DNA of 64,000 nucleotides. It comes from Octopus sinensis (Eukaryota). Numbering within the stretch: position 1 is the stretch's first letter; each line of letters opens with the position of its first letter. The position numbers and the translations under genes are program-made. A model generated the notes under the pieces. That model saw nothing but the letters and a program-made list of their open reading frames with translations, was not told the DNA's origin and ran no database searches. The DNA lies in NCBI RefSeq assembly GCF_006345805.1, contig NC_043003.1, forward strand, positions 2,046,001 through 2,110,000, given 5' to 3'. Below are positions 1 to 12,630 of this stretch, piece by piece.

Positions 1-194
1 GTTAAACGATGCTGATAATGATGCTGGTGTATATACATACATACATATGTTCAAATTAATGAGTTATCATTTAAATCCTAATTAACGTGAAATGCTTTAA
101 ACGTTCATTTTGCTCTGTTCAAACAATGTTGATAATAATATTGACTAATTAACTTTTCTCCTCGTTATTTTAAAATAGTTTCTTTTGTTTTTAG

Positions 195-360
195 CCCCCA
201 ATTAATTGACATTGCCAGTGCTGCCCAATCAAAAGGATCTCACAAAGCCATTATGGAGCTTCTCAATTTTGAAGGGGACCACACGGATTACCCAGAGCGC
301 TATCTCTTTACGTTAGCTTATGCGACCAAACCTGCCAAATTCATTCTGAATAATTTCTTG
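195..360 (+). CDS. MTTP: MTTP coding exon (first visible in window; upstream exons lie outside)
   Basis: ttttag|c acceptor and ttg|gtaagg donor. Translates PQLIDIASAAQSKGSHKAIMELLNFEGDHTDYPERYLFTLAYATKPAKFILNNFL, resembling vertebrate MTTP PQLVDAVTSAQT..ERFLYACGFASHP. Confidence 0.92.
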
Positions 361-1480
361 GTAAGGACGATGAAGCAATATCATATTTTCTTTTTATTTT
401 GTTTTTATCGTTGTTATCTAGATGTTATCAATGTGTGTATATATATATGTGCGTGTGTGTATATACAGACATACATACAGACAGAGGGGTTTCCACACGA
501 TTTCCATCTACCGAATTCACTTACAATGCATCATTTGGCTTGGTGAAGGTGCCACGTAATGGGAAAGAACTCAAAACCCTATGACTGCAAAGCAAACCTC
601 TTTACCACACAGCCATGTCATATATACATCCATAAACATACATATGTACACACACACACACACATCCTGGGATATGTAACACACTGCCTAAATACCAATC
701 TTGAGAAATTAGACTTTTCAAAACCAGAAAGGAGAAAGCTAATTTGAAGACTACAGATCCAATCCATCACTGGAACTGTAAAAATCTTTGAAACTTTCCT
801 GAAGTTTATCATTTAAATATATATGAGCATGTCTAGATATGTGGCTATATGCATGAGAATACATATATAAAACAAAACACACAAATCTGTGCATATACAT
901 ATATACATATTTACAAAAATACCCTGCTGTTGATGTTGAAATTCCAATGAAGGAGCCTTGAATCAAAGTTAGAAACTGGTTCTTTCTCTTTTGGCAAGAA
1001 ATCTTGAAATAAAACTGAACAATCACATACACACATACATACAAGCATGTATGCATACATACGTACGTACATACGTCCGTCTGTCCATCCATCCATCTAT
1101 GCTTGACCAAAGAAGACCTAAGGTCAAAATGACAATAACAACAACATAATTCTAAAATTGTTTTCACTGCTGGGCACCACATAAAAGGTGCCCAGTGCCA
1201 CTCTGTAAAGTGGTTGGCATTAAGAAGGGCATCGTGCCATACAAATCTTACCAAAACAGACAATTGGAACCGGGTACAGCTCTCCGGCTTGCCAGCTCCA
1301 GTCAAACCGTTCAACCCATGGAAAACAGATGCCAAACAATGATGATGATGATGATTATGATATTGAATTGTAATTCTTTTTTAATTCATCTTTATTTGAT
1401 AATAAATAATATATTTCATTATTGTCCATAAATTGTCAACAGATTCATATTTAAACTCAAAATGTTTAACTTTATTCCAG

Positions 1481-1591
1481 AAAATATATAAGAAAAAAAT
1501 AGCAAACAAGAATTTGAAAGAAAGCGTTGGTTTGACCCTTGGCGCTTTGATGTTCACATATTGTTTGGTACCGAGTCAATGTGAGGAAAAT
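1481..1591 (+). CDS. MTTP: MTTP coding exon
   Basis: ttccag| and |gtaagt, 111 nt, phase 0/0. KIYKKKIANKNLKESVGLTLGALMFTYCLVPSQCEEN. Not in the ORF track. Confidence 0.88.
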
Positions 1592-2605
1592 GTAAGTAAA
1601 TAAAGATGCTATTTATGTGGCAGATAAATGTCGTGGGTGAGTGGAGAGGCACAGGAAGGATTGGATGATGGTTAAGAAGGTTGCTTTTAAAACCTCTTGG
1701 CTTTGGGGTCCAGTCTCATTCTGTGGCACTTTGTTAATATTAATGTAGCCCTGGGCCAGCCAAAGCTTTGTGAAGCCCATCATGTGTGTGGGTGTGTTGC
1801 CCCCCCCCCCACTGCTTGACATCTAGGGTTGGTGTATTTACATCCCTGTAACTTAGCAGTTCGGCAAAAGACACCAATAGAATAAGTACCAGGTTTTATA
1901 AGTATAGGTAATGGGGTCAGTTCATTCAACCAAAAATTCTTGAAAGTGGTGCCCCAGCATGGCCAGTAAAAGACAGAAGAGTATCTGAAAGCAGTCAGCT
2001 GACAGAATTGTTAATGCATTGTGTAAAAGGCTTCGTGGTATTTCTTCTTCCAGCTTTGCTTTTCATTCTGTCAGGATTCATAGGTACCAGTCATGTACTG
2101 GGGCTATAGGATTGGCAACACATCAACGCAAAATTGATGGCTTTACTATCATCTCTGTTCTATTATTGATTGTTTTTTAATATTATATTATCTCATTTGT
2201 ATTTCTATCACTATTGGCAAAGAATTGTGTATTCTCTCTCTTTCTCCCCCCCCCTCTCCATATAAAGTCCTCTCTGGACTTTTTCCTCTTTCTGATTAAG
2301 AGCCATGCTCAAAACATCATTTCTACTCCTATTTTCTCATCTAAAACTTTCACTGAGTGTCCAGCTAATATATTCTATGTGTACATCCAATTGGCTTTGG
2401 TTGTCCTGTTTTTTAGTTTTGATTTGCATACACACACACACCCACACACACACACACACAGAGTAATGCCTCGATATAGGAGTTAATTTGTTCCCGGAGT
2501 TTGCTTGTAAAGCAAAGACTCATAAAGCAGAGCAACAATTTCCTGTAATATCAATGTTATAAATTGCAATTCATTTCCAGAAAAATATTTTACCTTTATA
2601 AGAAC

Positions 2606-2811
2606 CATACCAAATCCGTTAGATTCACTTCAACATTTAAATTTAATTTGTCAAAATATTTTCGTCGCTTTCAGACCGCGACCTGTTCGCTGACAAAACA
2701 TCGTGCTGCAGCATGGATTTTTGTCAGTGAATAGGTCGCGGTCTCAAAGCAATGAAAATATTTTGACAAATTAAATTTAAATGTTGAAGTGAATCTAACG
2801 GATTTGGTATG
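2606..2811. repeat. ~206-bp near-perfect palindrome (fold-back element) with a hammerhead-like motif in each arm
   Basis: Arms are reverse complements centred on CTG|CAG (2708/2709). A short tail and a (TA)n run at ~2850 follow. Confidence 0.9.
2720..2770 (+). ncRNA. Variant type I hammerhead-like motif (G3/C8-swapped core); mirror copy on - strand at 2647-2697
   Basis: tttgtca | GTGAAYA | g gtcgc..gcgac | GAAA atat TT | tgacaaa. Each arm carries its own mutations relative to this consensus. Confidence 0.45.
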
Positions 2812-2848
2812 TGTTTAAATGGCTTATAAACACCTTCTATGCTGCAAT

Positions 2849-2879
<31 letters not shown>

Positions 2880-3319
2880 TTAAGACGATAAGAAATGGAG
2901 CAATAATAACAGAAGTGGATCATTGGTGTTTTAAAGTAATTTAATAAAGACATGACTTTAAAACACTAATGATCCACTTCAGTTATTATTGCTCCATTTC
3001 TTATCGTTTTTTTTTATATATATTAAACCACGGTTTTACCTTTTAAATTACCTACTACCGTATACCTCATAACAAGGACCATACATACTGAGGTAATACC
3101 GGGAGTTCCTATGGATACATCTATCCCTTAGATGGTTACATTACCTCAAACTTATATCTTACAAAATATATATATATACAGATGGAGAGTGAACATACTA
3201 CTATCATGTTCTTAAGAATGAAATCAACCTCTCTGTCTATGTATCTACCCTCTTTGTAATGTTGGTAAATGAAATAGGGATAAAAACGTGCATTATCCAT
3301 TTAATTGGAAAAGTCTATA

Positions 3320-3407
3320 TGTGGCTGAAGATTGCTCGACATTTTAAAACTGATGTAATACTTACAATGTTTAATAAAATGAAGTAGCATGAAACAATTG
3401 TACTACA
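3320..3407 (+). ncRNA. Type I hammerhead ribozyme motif, copy 1
   Basis: Stem I tgtgg/ctaca, core CTGAAGA (3325-3331), long irregular stem II (tgct/agca, catttta/taaaatg, tgtaa/ttaca), GAAA (3391-3394), palindromic stem III CAATTG, GUA triplet. Confidence 0.72.
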
Positions 3408-3437
3408 CTACCTTGGATATCCTTGTTGCTTATTTTG

Positions 3438-3503
<66 letters not shown>

Positions 3504-3943
3504 TTAAGACGATAAGAAATGGAGCAATAATAACAGAAGTGGATCATTGGTGTTTTAAAGTAATTTAATAAAGACATGACTTTAAAACACTAATGATCCA
3601 CTTCAGTTATTATTGCTCCATTTCTTATCGTTTTTTTTTATATATATTAAACCACGGTTTTACCTTTTAAATTACCTACTACCGTATACCTCATAACAAG
3701 GACCATACATACTGAGGTAATACCGGGAGTTCCTATGGATACATCTATCCCTTAGATGGTTACATTACCTCAAACTTATATCTTACAAAATATATATATA
3801 TACAGATGGAGAGTGAACATACTACTATCATGTTCTTAAGAATGAAATCAACCTCTCTGTCTATGTATCTACCCTCTTTGTAATGTTGGTAAATGAAATA
3901 GGGATAAAAACGTGCATTATCCATTTAATTGGAAAAGTCTATA

Positions 3944-4031
3944 TGTGGCTGAAGATTGCTCGACATTTTAAAACTGATGTAATACTTACAATGTTTAATA
4001 AAATGAAGTAGCATGAAACAATTGTACTACA
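3944..4031 (+). ncRNA. Type I hammerhead ribozyme motif, copy 2
   Basis: Identical to 3320-3407, offset by 624 bp. Confidence 0.72.
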
Positions 4032-4063
4032 CTACCTTGGATATCCTTGTTGCTTATTTTGAT

Positions 4064-4126
<63 letters not shown>

Positions 4127-4160
4127 GCTATTTAACTGTTTATCTATATATTAATTTCAG

Positions 4161-4376
4161 ATTGTTAAAGAATACATAATGTCTACTAAGAGTTTGATAT
4201 CAAAGTGCAAGACTGAAGAATGTCAGTTAATCTACCTACGATCTATGGGAAATGCTGGCTTCAAAGAATTCTTACCAATTCTACTTGAAAAGTCACTTCA
4301 AACTAAACCATCAAGCATTTCCAGCACAGCTGTTTATTCTTTGCGGCGTTTCAAGAAAGATGTCATCGCAGCTGAG
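4161..4376 (+). CDS. MTTP: MTTP coding exon
   Basis: tttcag| and |gttaat, 216 nt. IVKEYIMSTKSLISKCKTEECQLIYLRSMGNAG...LRRFKKDVIAAE (YL.xL.NA helical-domain motif). Confidence 0.9.
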
Positions 4377-6123
4377 GTTAATAGTGTTTTGCTAATTTCT
4401 TTCTGAATTTATTGTAATTGTATATTTTAATCAGGTCACTCAAAGACACCTCAAGAGACCCAAGGCAGGCGAGAACCTTCAGCTCTTTAGTTGCTGGTCT
4501 AAGGGAAGGTAACTCCATGCCAATCCTGCATGGTGATACCTACTGGGTTTGAGGTACCTGTTGTACCAGACCCGCACAAATCCGAAGGACAAGAGAATGG
4601 GACTGGCTCTGCACAAACCCTGACCCTTATTATAAACCTTTGCTACCTTGTTGCTATGATGTGTGGCAGATTCCTTGAATATTTTCAGACAAACCCTTGT
4701 GCAATACAGTTCGGGTTAGTTTGAATCTGTTCTGATATTGTGTTCTCATTTTGGAGTGAGGACATCTGATGAATATCAGAAAGAAATCTGATTAAAATGT
4801 AAAAAAAATGGTAATATTGAATGGTGTTTTTAAGGCTGCAAGCTGGTAGAATCGTTAGCACGTCAGGCAAAATGGTAAGAAGCATTTTGTCTGCCTTTAC
4901 TTTCTGAGTTCAAATTCCACTGAGGTTGACTTTGCTTTCCATCCTTTCGGGGTTGATAAAATAAGTACCAGTTGAGCCCTGGGGGATTGACTTAACTGAC
5001 TTACTCCCTCCCTTGAGATTGCTGGCCTTGTGCCAAAATTTGAAATCAATATTAAATATTGTTTCATTTGTATAAAAGAGATTGTCTTACGAATTATCTT
5101 TTGATAACAGAATTTTGCAAACACTCCTGGTGGTGGATGGTCACTTATTTTAATGCTATATTGCAGATTCCATTATTGGATTCAATATTAATGCTTATAT
5201 CACCATCATCATTCCCATCACCGTTCATGCTGGCATGGGTTGGATGGTTTGACAGAATCCAACTAGCCTGAGGGCTGTGTTGGTCCCCTGTGTCTGCTTT
5301 GGCAGGGTTTCTATAGTTGGATGCCCTCCTAACACCACTTTACAGAATATACATGCAAGACAAAATCCCTTCACAGATTGGAGGGGCTGTGTTGAGGGGA
5401 GTGGCTTTGTGCCAGATGAACAGAGGCTATATATTCAAATATATCCACTGGAACCTTCTTTACTGCTAAGACAAGTCTCTCCAATTCAAAATGGTGCTGA
5501 TTATATGAACCTTGTCTGAAAATCTATGGTCAACATTTTTAGCACATTAGTAAATCATTTTATGTTTTTAAACATTTTATGTAAGCCAATCTATGTTTTA
5601 AAATTTGTTCTTTTGCTTTTTTATTGAGGAACAAAAACGAAATTTTTGTTAAATCAAAAATACAATTTAAAAGGTGAAAACTGATCTGGCCCTCACCGGT
5701 TTCAACTCATGATGATGATGATCAATTATAAAGATTAAAAACATTTACATATCAAAGACTCTATACTTGAGATTTCTTCTAATCTAATATCAAGATCACA
5801 ATCTCATTTTATAATATGGACTCTCAAAAAATTACACTGTAATCCCCATGGCAACTTGTTTTCAAAGCCAAACTTTGGTTAGTTATTCAACAAAATTCTT
5901 AAATTTAAGGAAGTTACAATATAGATTAAATTGGTTTTAAATCTTGGCACAAAGCCAAAATCGATTACATGGACCCCAAAAGTCAACTGGTATTTATTTT
6001 ATTGATGTTGAAAGGTTGACCTTAACAGAGTTTGAACTCAGAACATAGTGTTGCAAATGATTCTACCAGCTTCCACCTTATTGTATGAATTTAATTAACG
6101 ATATACTCTGTGTTAATTTGCAG

Positions 6124-6332
6124 GCTGTTCCAGTAATGCTCAAAATCTACAAAGACAAGACTCGTGAGAGCAGTGCACGTCTTGCAGCACTGGAAGTTAT
6201 GTTGTCGACTGATATTTGCCCATTGGCTTTGGAAGAAGTTCTTCGGTCACTCAAAAAAGGAGACAATTCAGAATTTGCAACATACACCATCTCAAAACTT
6301 AACGACATGGCACAGAATGACCCCACATTCAA
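6124..6332 (+). CDS. MTTP: MTTP coding exon
   Basis: ttgcag| and aa|gtaag, 209 nt, phase 0/2. AVPVMLKIYKDKTRESSARLAALEVML..., including the conserved Arg of the RxAA motif. Confidence 0.9.
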
Positions 6333-7330
6333 GTAAGAATAATCAACATCTGATTTAATTAAGGGGCAAAACAAGAATAGATTTTTCTTAATTTATGTCT
6401 CATTTGATGGTTGTTGTGCTCCAGCATAGCCAGAACCCACTGCTTGAAATCAGGATAAAGGAGATATTTCACTTCCATAACTAACCCCATTATACTTTTA
6501 CCAGTTATTTAATTATTAGAGAGATTTGCACTTCTGTATCATCATCATCATCGTTTAACATTCAGTTTGACTGAGGTCTGGGAAGCCAGGAGACTGCACC
6601 AGGCTTCAATCTGGTCTGGCAGTCTTTCTACAGCTGGATGCCTTTCCTAATGCCAACCATTCCAAGAGTGTAGTGGGTACTTTTTACGTGCCAATAGCAC
6701 GGGGGTCAGTCAGGGGGCACTGACATCGGCCATGCTTGGATGGAGCTTTTTATGTGCCATATTCTAATGGCTGAGGATAAGCATCACACCTTGAAACTTT
6801 AAGTACCAGAGAATTTGAATCAAAGTGTTTTGATCCATATATATATATATATATATATATGTAAACTCATACTATAAACTACTAGATATACAATATACTA
6901 CTATATACAGTGAATCTTTGGTTTATGAATGCTTCACATCACAAGCAAATCAGTTTATGGACAATTTTTCAAACAAAAAATGTCTCAGGTGACGAACAGT
7001 ATCTCAAATAACAAACACACAAGTTGACAACAAGCTGGGGGTATCAGCTGGAGAGTGTCCCTTCCTCTATACCTTTCACTCGGTGCACATCCCTATTCAA
7101 ATTCACCAAGACTTTTCTTGAATTTCCTTTGGGAAAAATAGTTTCAGTTTTCGAACATCAAACTAAAGACAGTTCTCATCCTTATTTGGCAGAAGGTTTG
7201 AATGCTTTTCTGTGTAGTGTTTCCTGGAATGTTTTAGGTGTATAATGAGATTTTTGTAACTGTTACATATGATGCTGTATCTCTGTTTAAATGGCTTCTT
7301 GTAATTTTTATAATTTCCCTTTTGTAACAG

Positions 7331-7428
7331 AAAACTCCTGAAATCAGTCATTGAAAAGCTTGACTTACTAAATTATGTGGTTTTTACTCAAAATGGAACA
7401 TCTAGTGCCTTCAGTTCCTATCTTACAG
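7331..7428 (+). CDS. MTTP: MTTP coding exon
   Basis: taacag| and g|gtaaga, 98 nt, phase 2/1. KLLKSVIEKLDLLNYVVFTQNGTSSAFSSYLT (cf. NY..F...GSSSAY). Confidence 0.9.
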
Positions 7429-7476
7429 GTAAGAAACAAAATATATTATTTCAAATTTATTTTTTATTATTATTTA

Positions 7477-8406
7477 GGCACAGGAGTGGCTGTGTGGTAA
7501 GTAGCTTGCTTACCAACCACATGGTTCCGGGTTCAGTCCCACTGTGTGGCACCTTGGGCAAGTGTCTTCTACTATAGCCTTAAGCCAACCAAAGCCTTGT
7601 GAGTGGATTTGGTAGACGGAAACTGAAAGAAGCCTGTCATATATATGTGTGTGTGTGTGTATGGAGAACAGGACAAGTAAACACAGGGAAAGGACCCTTC
7701 ATCAGTTGTCAGCTGTCTATCTACTCCTCATTTTGAGCATTCAATGACAATATGAGTCTTGGAAGACAGTTGCTCCGATAAATTCTGAAATAAAATTTAG
7801 GATATATGGAGGGTCAAAGTTGGGAACAAAAACATGACAAGGAAACCAAACGAAAACAAACACGGAGGGTCATTATACCAAAACGAGAGCACTATTTTCC
7901 TAAAATTTTATTTTAGAATTTATGGGAGCAACTGTCTTCCAAGACTCATGTTGTCATTGAATGCTCAAAATGAGGAGTAGACAGACAGACCGACAACTGA
8001 TGAAGGGTCCTTTCTCTGTGTTTACTTGTCCTGTTTTCCATTTTTGTCCCATTATTTACGTATTTAACTCGTTTGTTTACATATTTCATGTTGTTTGAAC
8101 TGTTGCTGATGTCCTGGTCCCATATATGTATGTGTGTGTATATATATATATATACTATATATTATTTACTATTTATTATTTAATTGAACACCACGCATCC
8201 ATTTCCAAGTTTATATATATCTGTGTGTGTGTATCTTTCAGACTGTGTTTGTCCCTGCTCCCCACCGCTAGAAAACAAGTGTTGTTTTGTTTATGTCCCT
8301 ATAACTGAGCAGTTTGACAAAAAAGACTAATGTTACCATTTAACTACAAGCCCTTCAAGGCAGTGCCCCAGCATGGCCACAGTTCAATGACTGAAACAAG
8401 TAAAAA
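7477..8406 (+). mobile_element. tRNA-derived SINE (family A), interrupted in its (TG)n core by a fold-back insert
   Basis: Head ggagtggctgtgtggtaag..ggttcagtccc (A/B-box-like); tail ccagcatggcc..gaaacaagtaaaa. More than 15 copies in the window. Confidence 0.85.
7661..8041. repeat. Fold-back element with ~140-bp inverted arms and ~95-bp spacer
   Basis: 7661-7802 is the reverse complement of ~7899-8041, with scattered mismatches. Confidence 0.88.
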
Positions 8407-8446
8407 CTAAAGATAATATACTTTTATATGACCGTGCATATTCTGG

Positions 8447-8657
8447 CACACACACACACGCACACACACACATGCACACACAAACGCACGAACACACACA
8501 CACGCACAAACACACGTACGAACAGACACATACACACACGCATGCACACACATGAACAAGCATGCAGGCACACACATGCACAAACACACACACACACATG
8601 AACACACACACTCATACATGCACAGGTGTACGCACACACACACACACACACACACAC
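8447..8657. repeat. Compound (CA)n microsatellite
   Basis: Direct inspection. Ends ~40 nt upstream of the 8697 acceptor. Confidence 0.95.
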
Positions 8658-8696
8658 CATGCTTTTCTAAGAATGGCATTGAATTTCTCTTTGCAG

Positions 8697-8818
8697 TTTC
8701 TAAATCCGTCAACTCCACTTATGGACTCTTCATTGAAAACTCTAAATCTTCTCTTATGAAGAGGAGTTCCCTCGATGTAGAATTGTTTGGCAAAGAATTT
8801 TCAGAGAAGCTTCTGTCT
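8697..8818 (+). CDS. MTTP: MTTP coding exon
   Basis: ttgcag| and |gtgagt, 122 nt, phase 1/0. [41 protein letters not shown]. Confidence 0.9.
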
Positions 8819-9819
8819 GTGAGTTTCCTTTTCAACTTTCTCTTTCATTTTCATTCTGATATAATTTTAGAAAAAAAACAATTAGCCATTCTTTGGCTGT
8901 CTGACGTGCAAAATGTTGTTCTGGAGGTCAAGAATTTAATTGTAAGGAACCGTGTGTGTCACTGACAGGACAGTAAGCTGTTAGGTTCCTCACTGGCTGC
9001 GGTTGTGTGCTTGAGAAGTTCGCTTCCCAACCACATGGTTCCTGCTTCAGCCCTACTGTGTGGCACTATGGAAAAGTGTCCTTTGCTATAGCCTCGAGCC
9101 AACCAAAGATTCGTGAGGGAATTTGGTAGACGGAAACTGAAAGAAGCCTGTCATATGTGTGTGTGTGTGTATGTGTGTGTGTGAGTATTTGTGTGTGTCC
9201 CCTGTCACCACTTCACAACTGATGTTGGTGTGTTTATGTCCACTTGACTTAGAAGTTTGCTAAAAAAAAAGGAGACCAATAGAATAAATATCAGACTTTA
9301 AAAAAAGTACTAAGCCTGATTTGTTTGACTAAACCCTTCAAGGTGGTGCCCCATTCCTAATGCCTCCCCCCACTCACCCATCACAGACATAAGCCATTTT
9401 CTGCAGCAAATTCAGAACAACAATTTTTCACAAATAAAACTTCACCTAATTAATCCTTTGTTTTTTTAACATCCATGGCCCCATCTTGGTCACCCCATTA
9501 TTGCCTCAGTTTTTTTCAGCTCCTCTGCTGGACTTTTCCACCACTCCTTGTGGTGGGGTACTGCCCACTTTGGCAACCACTGATCTAAGGCAAATTCATC
9601 AGATCAGTATGTCAGGCAATACGCTTAGCAGCATTTCTTCCAGTTCCTTACATTCTGAGTTCAAATTCTGCCACAGTCACTTTTGCCTTTCATCTTTTCA
9701 GGGTCATCTGTGCAGGGGGCTCGATGTAATCAACTTCGACCCCTCACCTAAAATTCCTGGTCCTAAGACAAAATTTGAAACCATTTTCTAATTTATGTCT
9801 TTATGTTTTTTCATTGCAG

Positions 9820-10011
9820 TTCAGACTATACGCTGATGGTATTGAGAGTTTGGTGTCCGATGAATCCACTTCTGAAGAGGTTGAACCTACAGCCGGAATG
9901 TCTTTGACACTGTTTGATGTTTTATTACGACCAGTTGAATTCTTCCGTGGGTCAGGAGAGTTGATGTCCGCCGCATGGAATGCACCGTCTGAACCAACAT
10001 CAGCTCTGCAG
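9820..10011 (+). CDS. MTTP: MTTP coding exon
   Basis: ttgcag| and cag|gtaata, 192 nt. FRLYADGIESLV...AGMSLTLFDVLLRPVEFFRGSGELMSAAW (MTTP hallmark AGMS..LFDV.LRPV.FF.G). Confidence 0.95.
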
Positions 10012-10291
10012 GTAATATTTCTTTCATCATCATCATCGTCGTATAACATCTGTTTTCCATGCTGGCATGGGTTGGACTGAGGGCTGGTAGACAGAAACTG
10101 GAAGAAGCCTGTCGTATATGTATATATGTTTGCGTATCTGTGTTTGTCCCCCAACATCGCTTGACAACCAATGGTGGTGTGTTTACATCCCCGTAACTTA
10201 GTAGTTCAGCAAAAGAGACCAATAGAATACGTCCTAGGCTTACAAAGAATAAGTTCTGGGGTCGATTTGCTCGAGTAAAGGCAGTGCCTCA

Positions 10292-10555
10292 ACAGGTCTT
10301 CTCAAGCACAGTTTATTGCCCAATGATTGAAGGGCACCCTTAAATGGGCTGGTTATGCTGCACTGGCATAGGCCACGGTCTCCCTTGTCTTACCGGGTCT
10401 TCTCAAGCACAGCATATCTCCAAAGGTCTTGGTCACTTGTCATCGCCTCCATGAGGCCCAACATTCGAAGGTCGTGCTTCACCACCTCATCCTAGGTCTT
10501 CCTGGGTCTACCTCTTCTCCAGGTTCCCTCTGCTGCTAGGGTGTGACACTTTTTC
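10292..10555 (-). mobile_element. RTE-like LINE 3' fragment
   Basis: Matches 15380-15655 (encodes ..GRPRKT..EVVKHDL). Confidence 0.75.
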
Positions 10556-11196
10556 TCTACTTTTTATTCCATACTCCCCATGTCAATCTAATGAAAGGTA
10601 AAAAATGAATCGGGAGAAAAAAGGAGCAGAAGCAGAGCCGGCGACCCTTGTTTTTGAGGCCTGTTTCACATCTTAATAATGGAGTGTAATTAGTGCTGCT
10701 GATGCTTAATTGTGGTAACATTAAATTACTGTAGCAGTAGTTAGGTAGTCGAATGATCTCCCTTGCAAGAAAGATTATAGAGTAACTTCCCTTTCTAAGT
10801 TTCTCGAAGCATCTGTGTCATGAGACGTGATTCTTAATTATTCAAGAACCTTAGTGTTTCTCTTGGAAGTTTCTAGAATGTCTAGCGTTCCATTAATAAA
10901 AACAGCTTGCTAACAACCCAGCTTTTCGCTTCTCAATCGACTAGACTCTGAGCCATTCAAGTCTTTGCTCTGCCTGTCTCTTTCTCTATGACACATGACT
11001 GAAAACCACCACTTAGCTGTTATTTCTACATTTTCTACCACTGGACTTTCTTGCATAGATTACTTCATTCAACTAGATTCTACATATCAGTTCTATGTAT
11101 CATCATTGACCAGTAAATAAAATATATTTTTGTGTGGTAAATATATAGGTCTTGAATTTATTCTTCATCTCATTATGAGCTATTTGTAATAACATA
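10556..11196. mobile_element. Unclassified ~640-bp insertion, possibly solo-LTR-like
   Basis: Interrupts the RTE sequence cactttttc|acacagc and contains AATAAA motifs. No clear TSD or terminal repeats. Confidence 0.3.
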
Positions 11197-11422
11197 CACA
11201 CAGCCACATCAACACCTTGTTCTCACTATATATTTCCACTACAATTTGCATGTCACAGGCAAGGCCATAATAGGTGCAGGAATGTGTGTGTGTTTAAAAC
11301 GTTTGTTTCACAACCACATGGTGCATGGTTCAATCTCAATGTGTGACACCTTAGGTAAATATCTTCTGCCCAGGATGACCAAAACCTTGTGAGATTTGGA
11401 ACACAGAAATTGAAAGAAGCCC

Positions 11423-11467
<45 letters not shown>

Positions 11468-11630
11468 TTGTATTTCCTTGTCTTAATATCACAAGACTGT
11501 TGTAAATGAATAATTCCGCCAAATCACGTCTGGCCATGGAAAAATATTACCTTATCTGGAAACAAGGGTTGGCAACTTGTCAAAAGGGCATATAAAGAAT
11601 ATGCAGTAATGTATAAATGCCTGGAAAGTG

Positions 11631-12525
11631 AACAGTGTTGTGGAGGGAGTAAGTGGACGCTGGGTTTCTCCTCCCAAAATGCATGGTGGTACATTTGTCC
11701 ACAGCCAGCTTGAGTTGCCAGTCCATGATCCACTGCTGCATTGTGTCCAGGTCTGCTTGCAATAGAGATCTATACTGTACAGGATCTGACCTCTTTATTT
11801 CGAGGTACAGCTTGATGTCATCTGCATATTTCAGCACTGTGGCATTCTTAAAGTTGGCATCTATGTCATTAACATATGCAACAAATAAAAGGGGTCCAAG
11901 AACAGATCCCTGTGGTACACCAGATGTCATCTCATAGGGTGAAGAGTGCTGTCCTAGAACTGTGACAACCTCTTTTCGGCCGAAAATAAAGGACTTCAAC
12001 CAGTTATAGAGATCATCTCTTACACCTATTGCAGAGAGTTTCACCATAATTCTTTTGTGTGGCACAGAGTTAAAAGCCTTAGCAAAGTCCAGGTAAATAA
12101 CATCCACCCAGGATCAGTGATTTGGGTAACGTCCTCAAGAAACTCGATGAGTTGATTACAGCAGCTGGAGTTAGGAATAAATCCAAATTGTGACAGCTGG
12201 ATGAGGCTGTGAGACTTCCAGAAGTTCCAGAGGGTTTCCCTGATACAGGATTCCATCAGTTTGGCGATGAAGCTAGTAAGACTAACGGGGCGATAGTTGA
12301 CAGGCGATGTGCAGTCGCCTTTTTTGAACAGAGGATAACACTGGCAGTTTTCCACTGCTCTGGAGTAACACCATTGTCAAGACAGAATTGGAAGAATAGA
12401 GAAAGTTGGCTTAGAAGAAAGTACCCACCGCGTTTGAGAAGTAGGTATGTAACACCATCGAGACCAGGAGAGGCATAGTCGCGTTTGTTCTTAAGGTGGC
12501 GTTGTAGCATTGCTGGTGTAAATTG
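11631..12525 (-). mobile_element. CR1-clade LINE reverse transcriptase fragment (frameshifted)
   Basis: NYRPVSLTS, QFGF, YLDFAKAFNSVPH, GVPQGSVLGPLLF and YADD motifs across three frames. Confidence 0.92.
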
Positions 12526-12630
12526 CATATTTTGAACATTTCTTTACAAACAAGAGATAATTACTTGAAATATATTCAGTTTTTTGATAACGATGTGATA
12601 TTAAAAATATTTGGATTTTCTTTATTGCAG

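Larger units (their letters stand above)
2881..4128. repeat. Apparently perfect 624-bp tandem duplication bounded by (TA)n
   Basis: taagacgata at 2881 and 3505; ccttgttgct at 3421 and 4045. Each unit has a 53-bp-arm hairpin (2885-2937/2955-3007) and a hammerhead motif. Confidence 0.92.

Noticed and set aside
4766-4800. CTGATGA..GAAA near-hammerhead (similar isolated cores at ~16536, 18922, 28822 and 63225)
   Set aside because: No stem I/II/III pairing around the core, so consistent with chance matches.
7477-7550. tRNA gene
   Set aside because: A/B-box-like head of a high-copy SINE. I could not build a complete cloverleaf.
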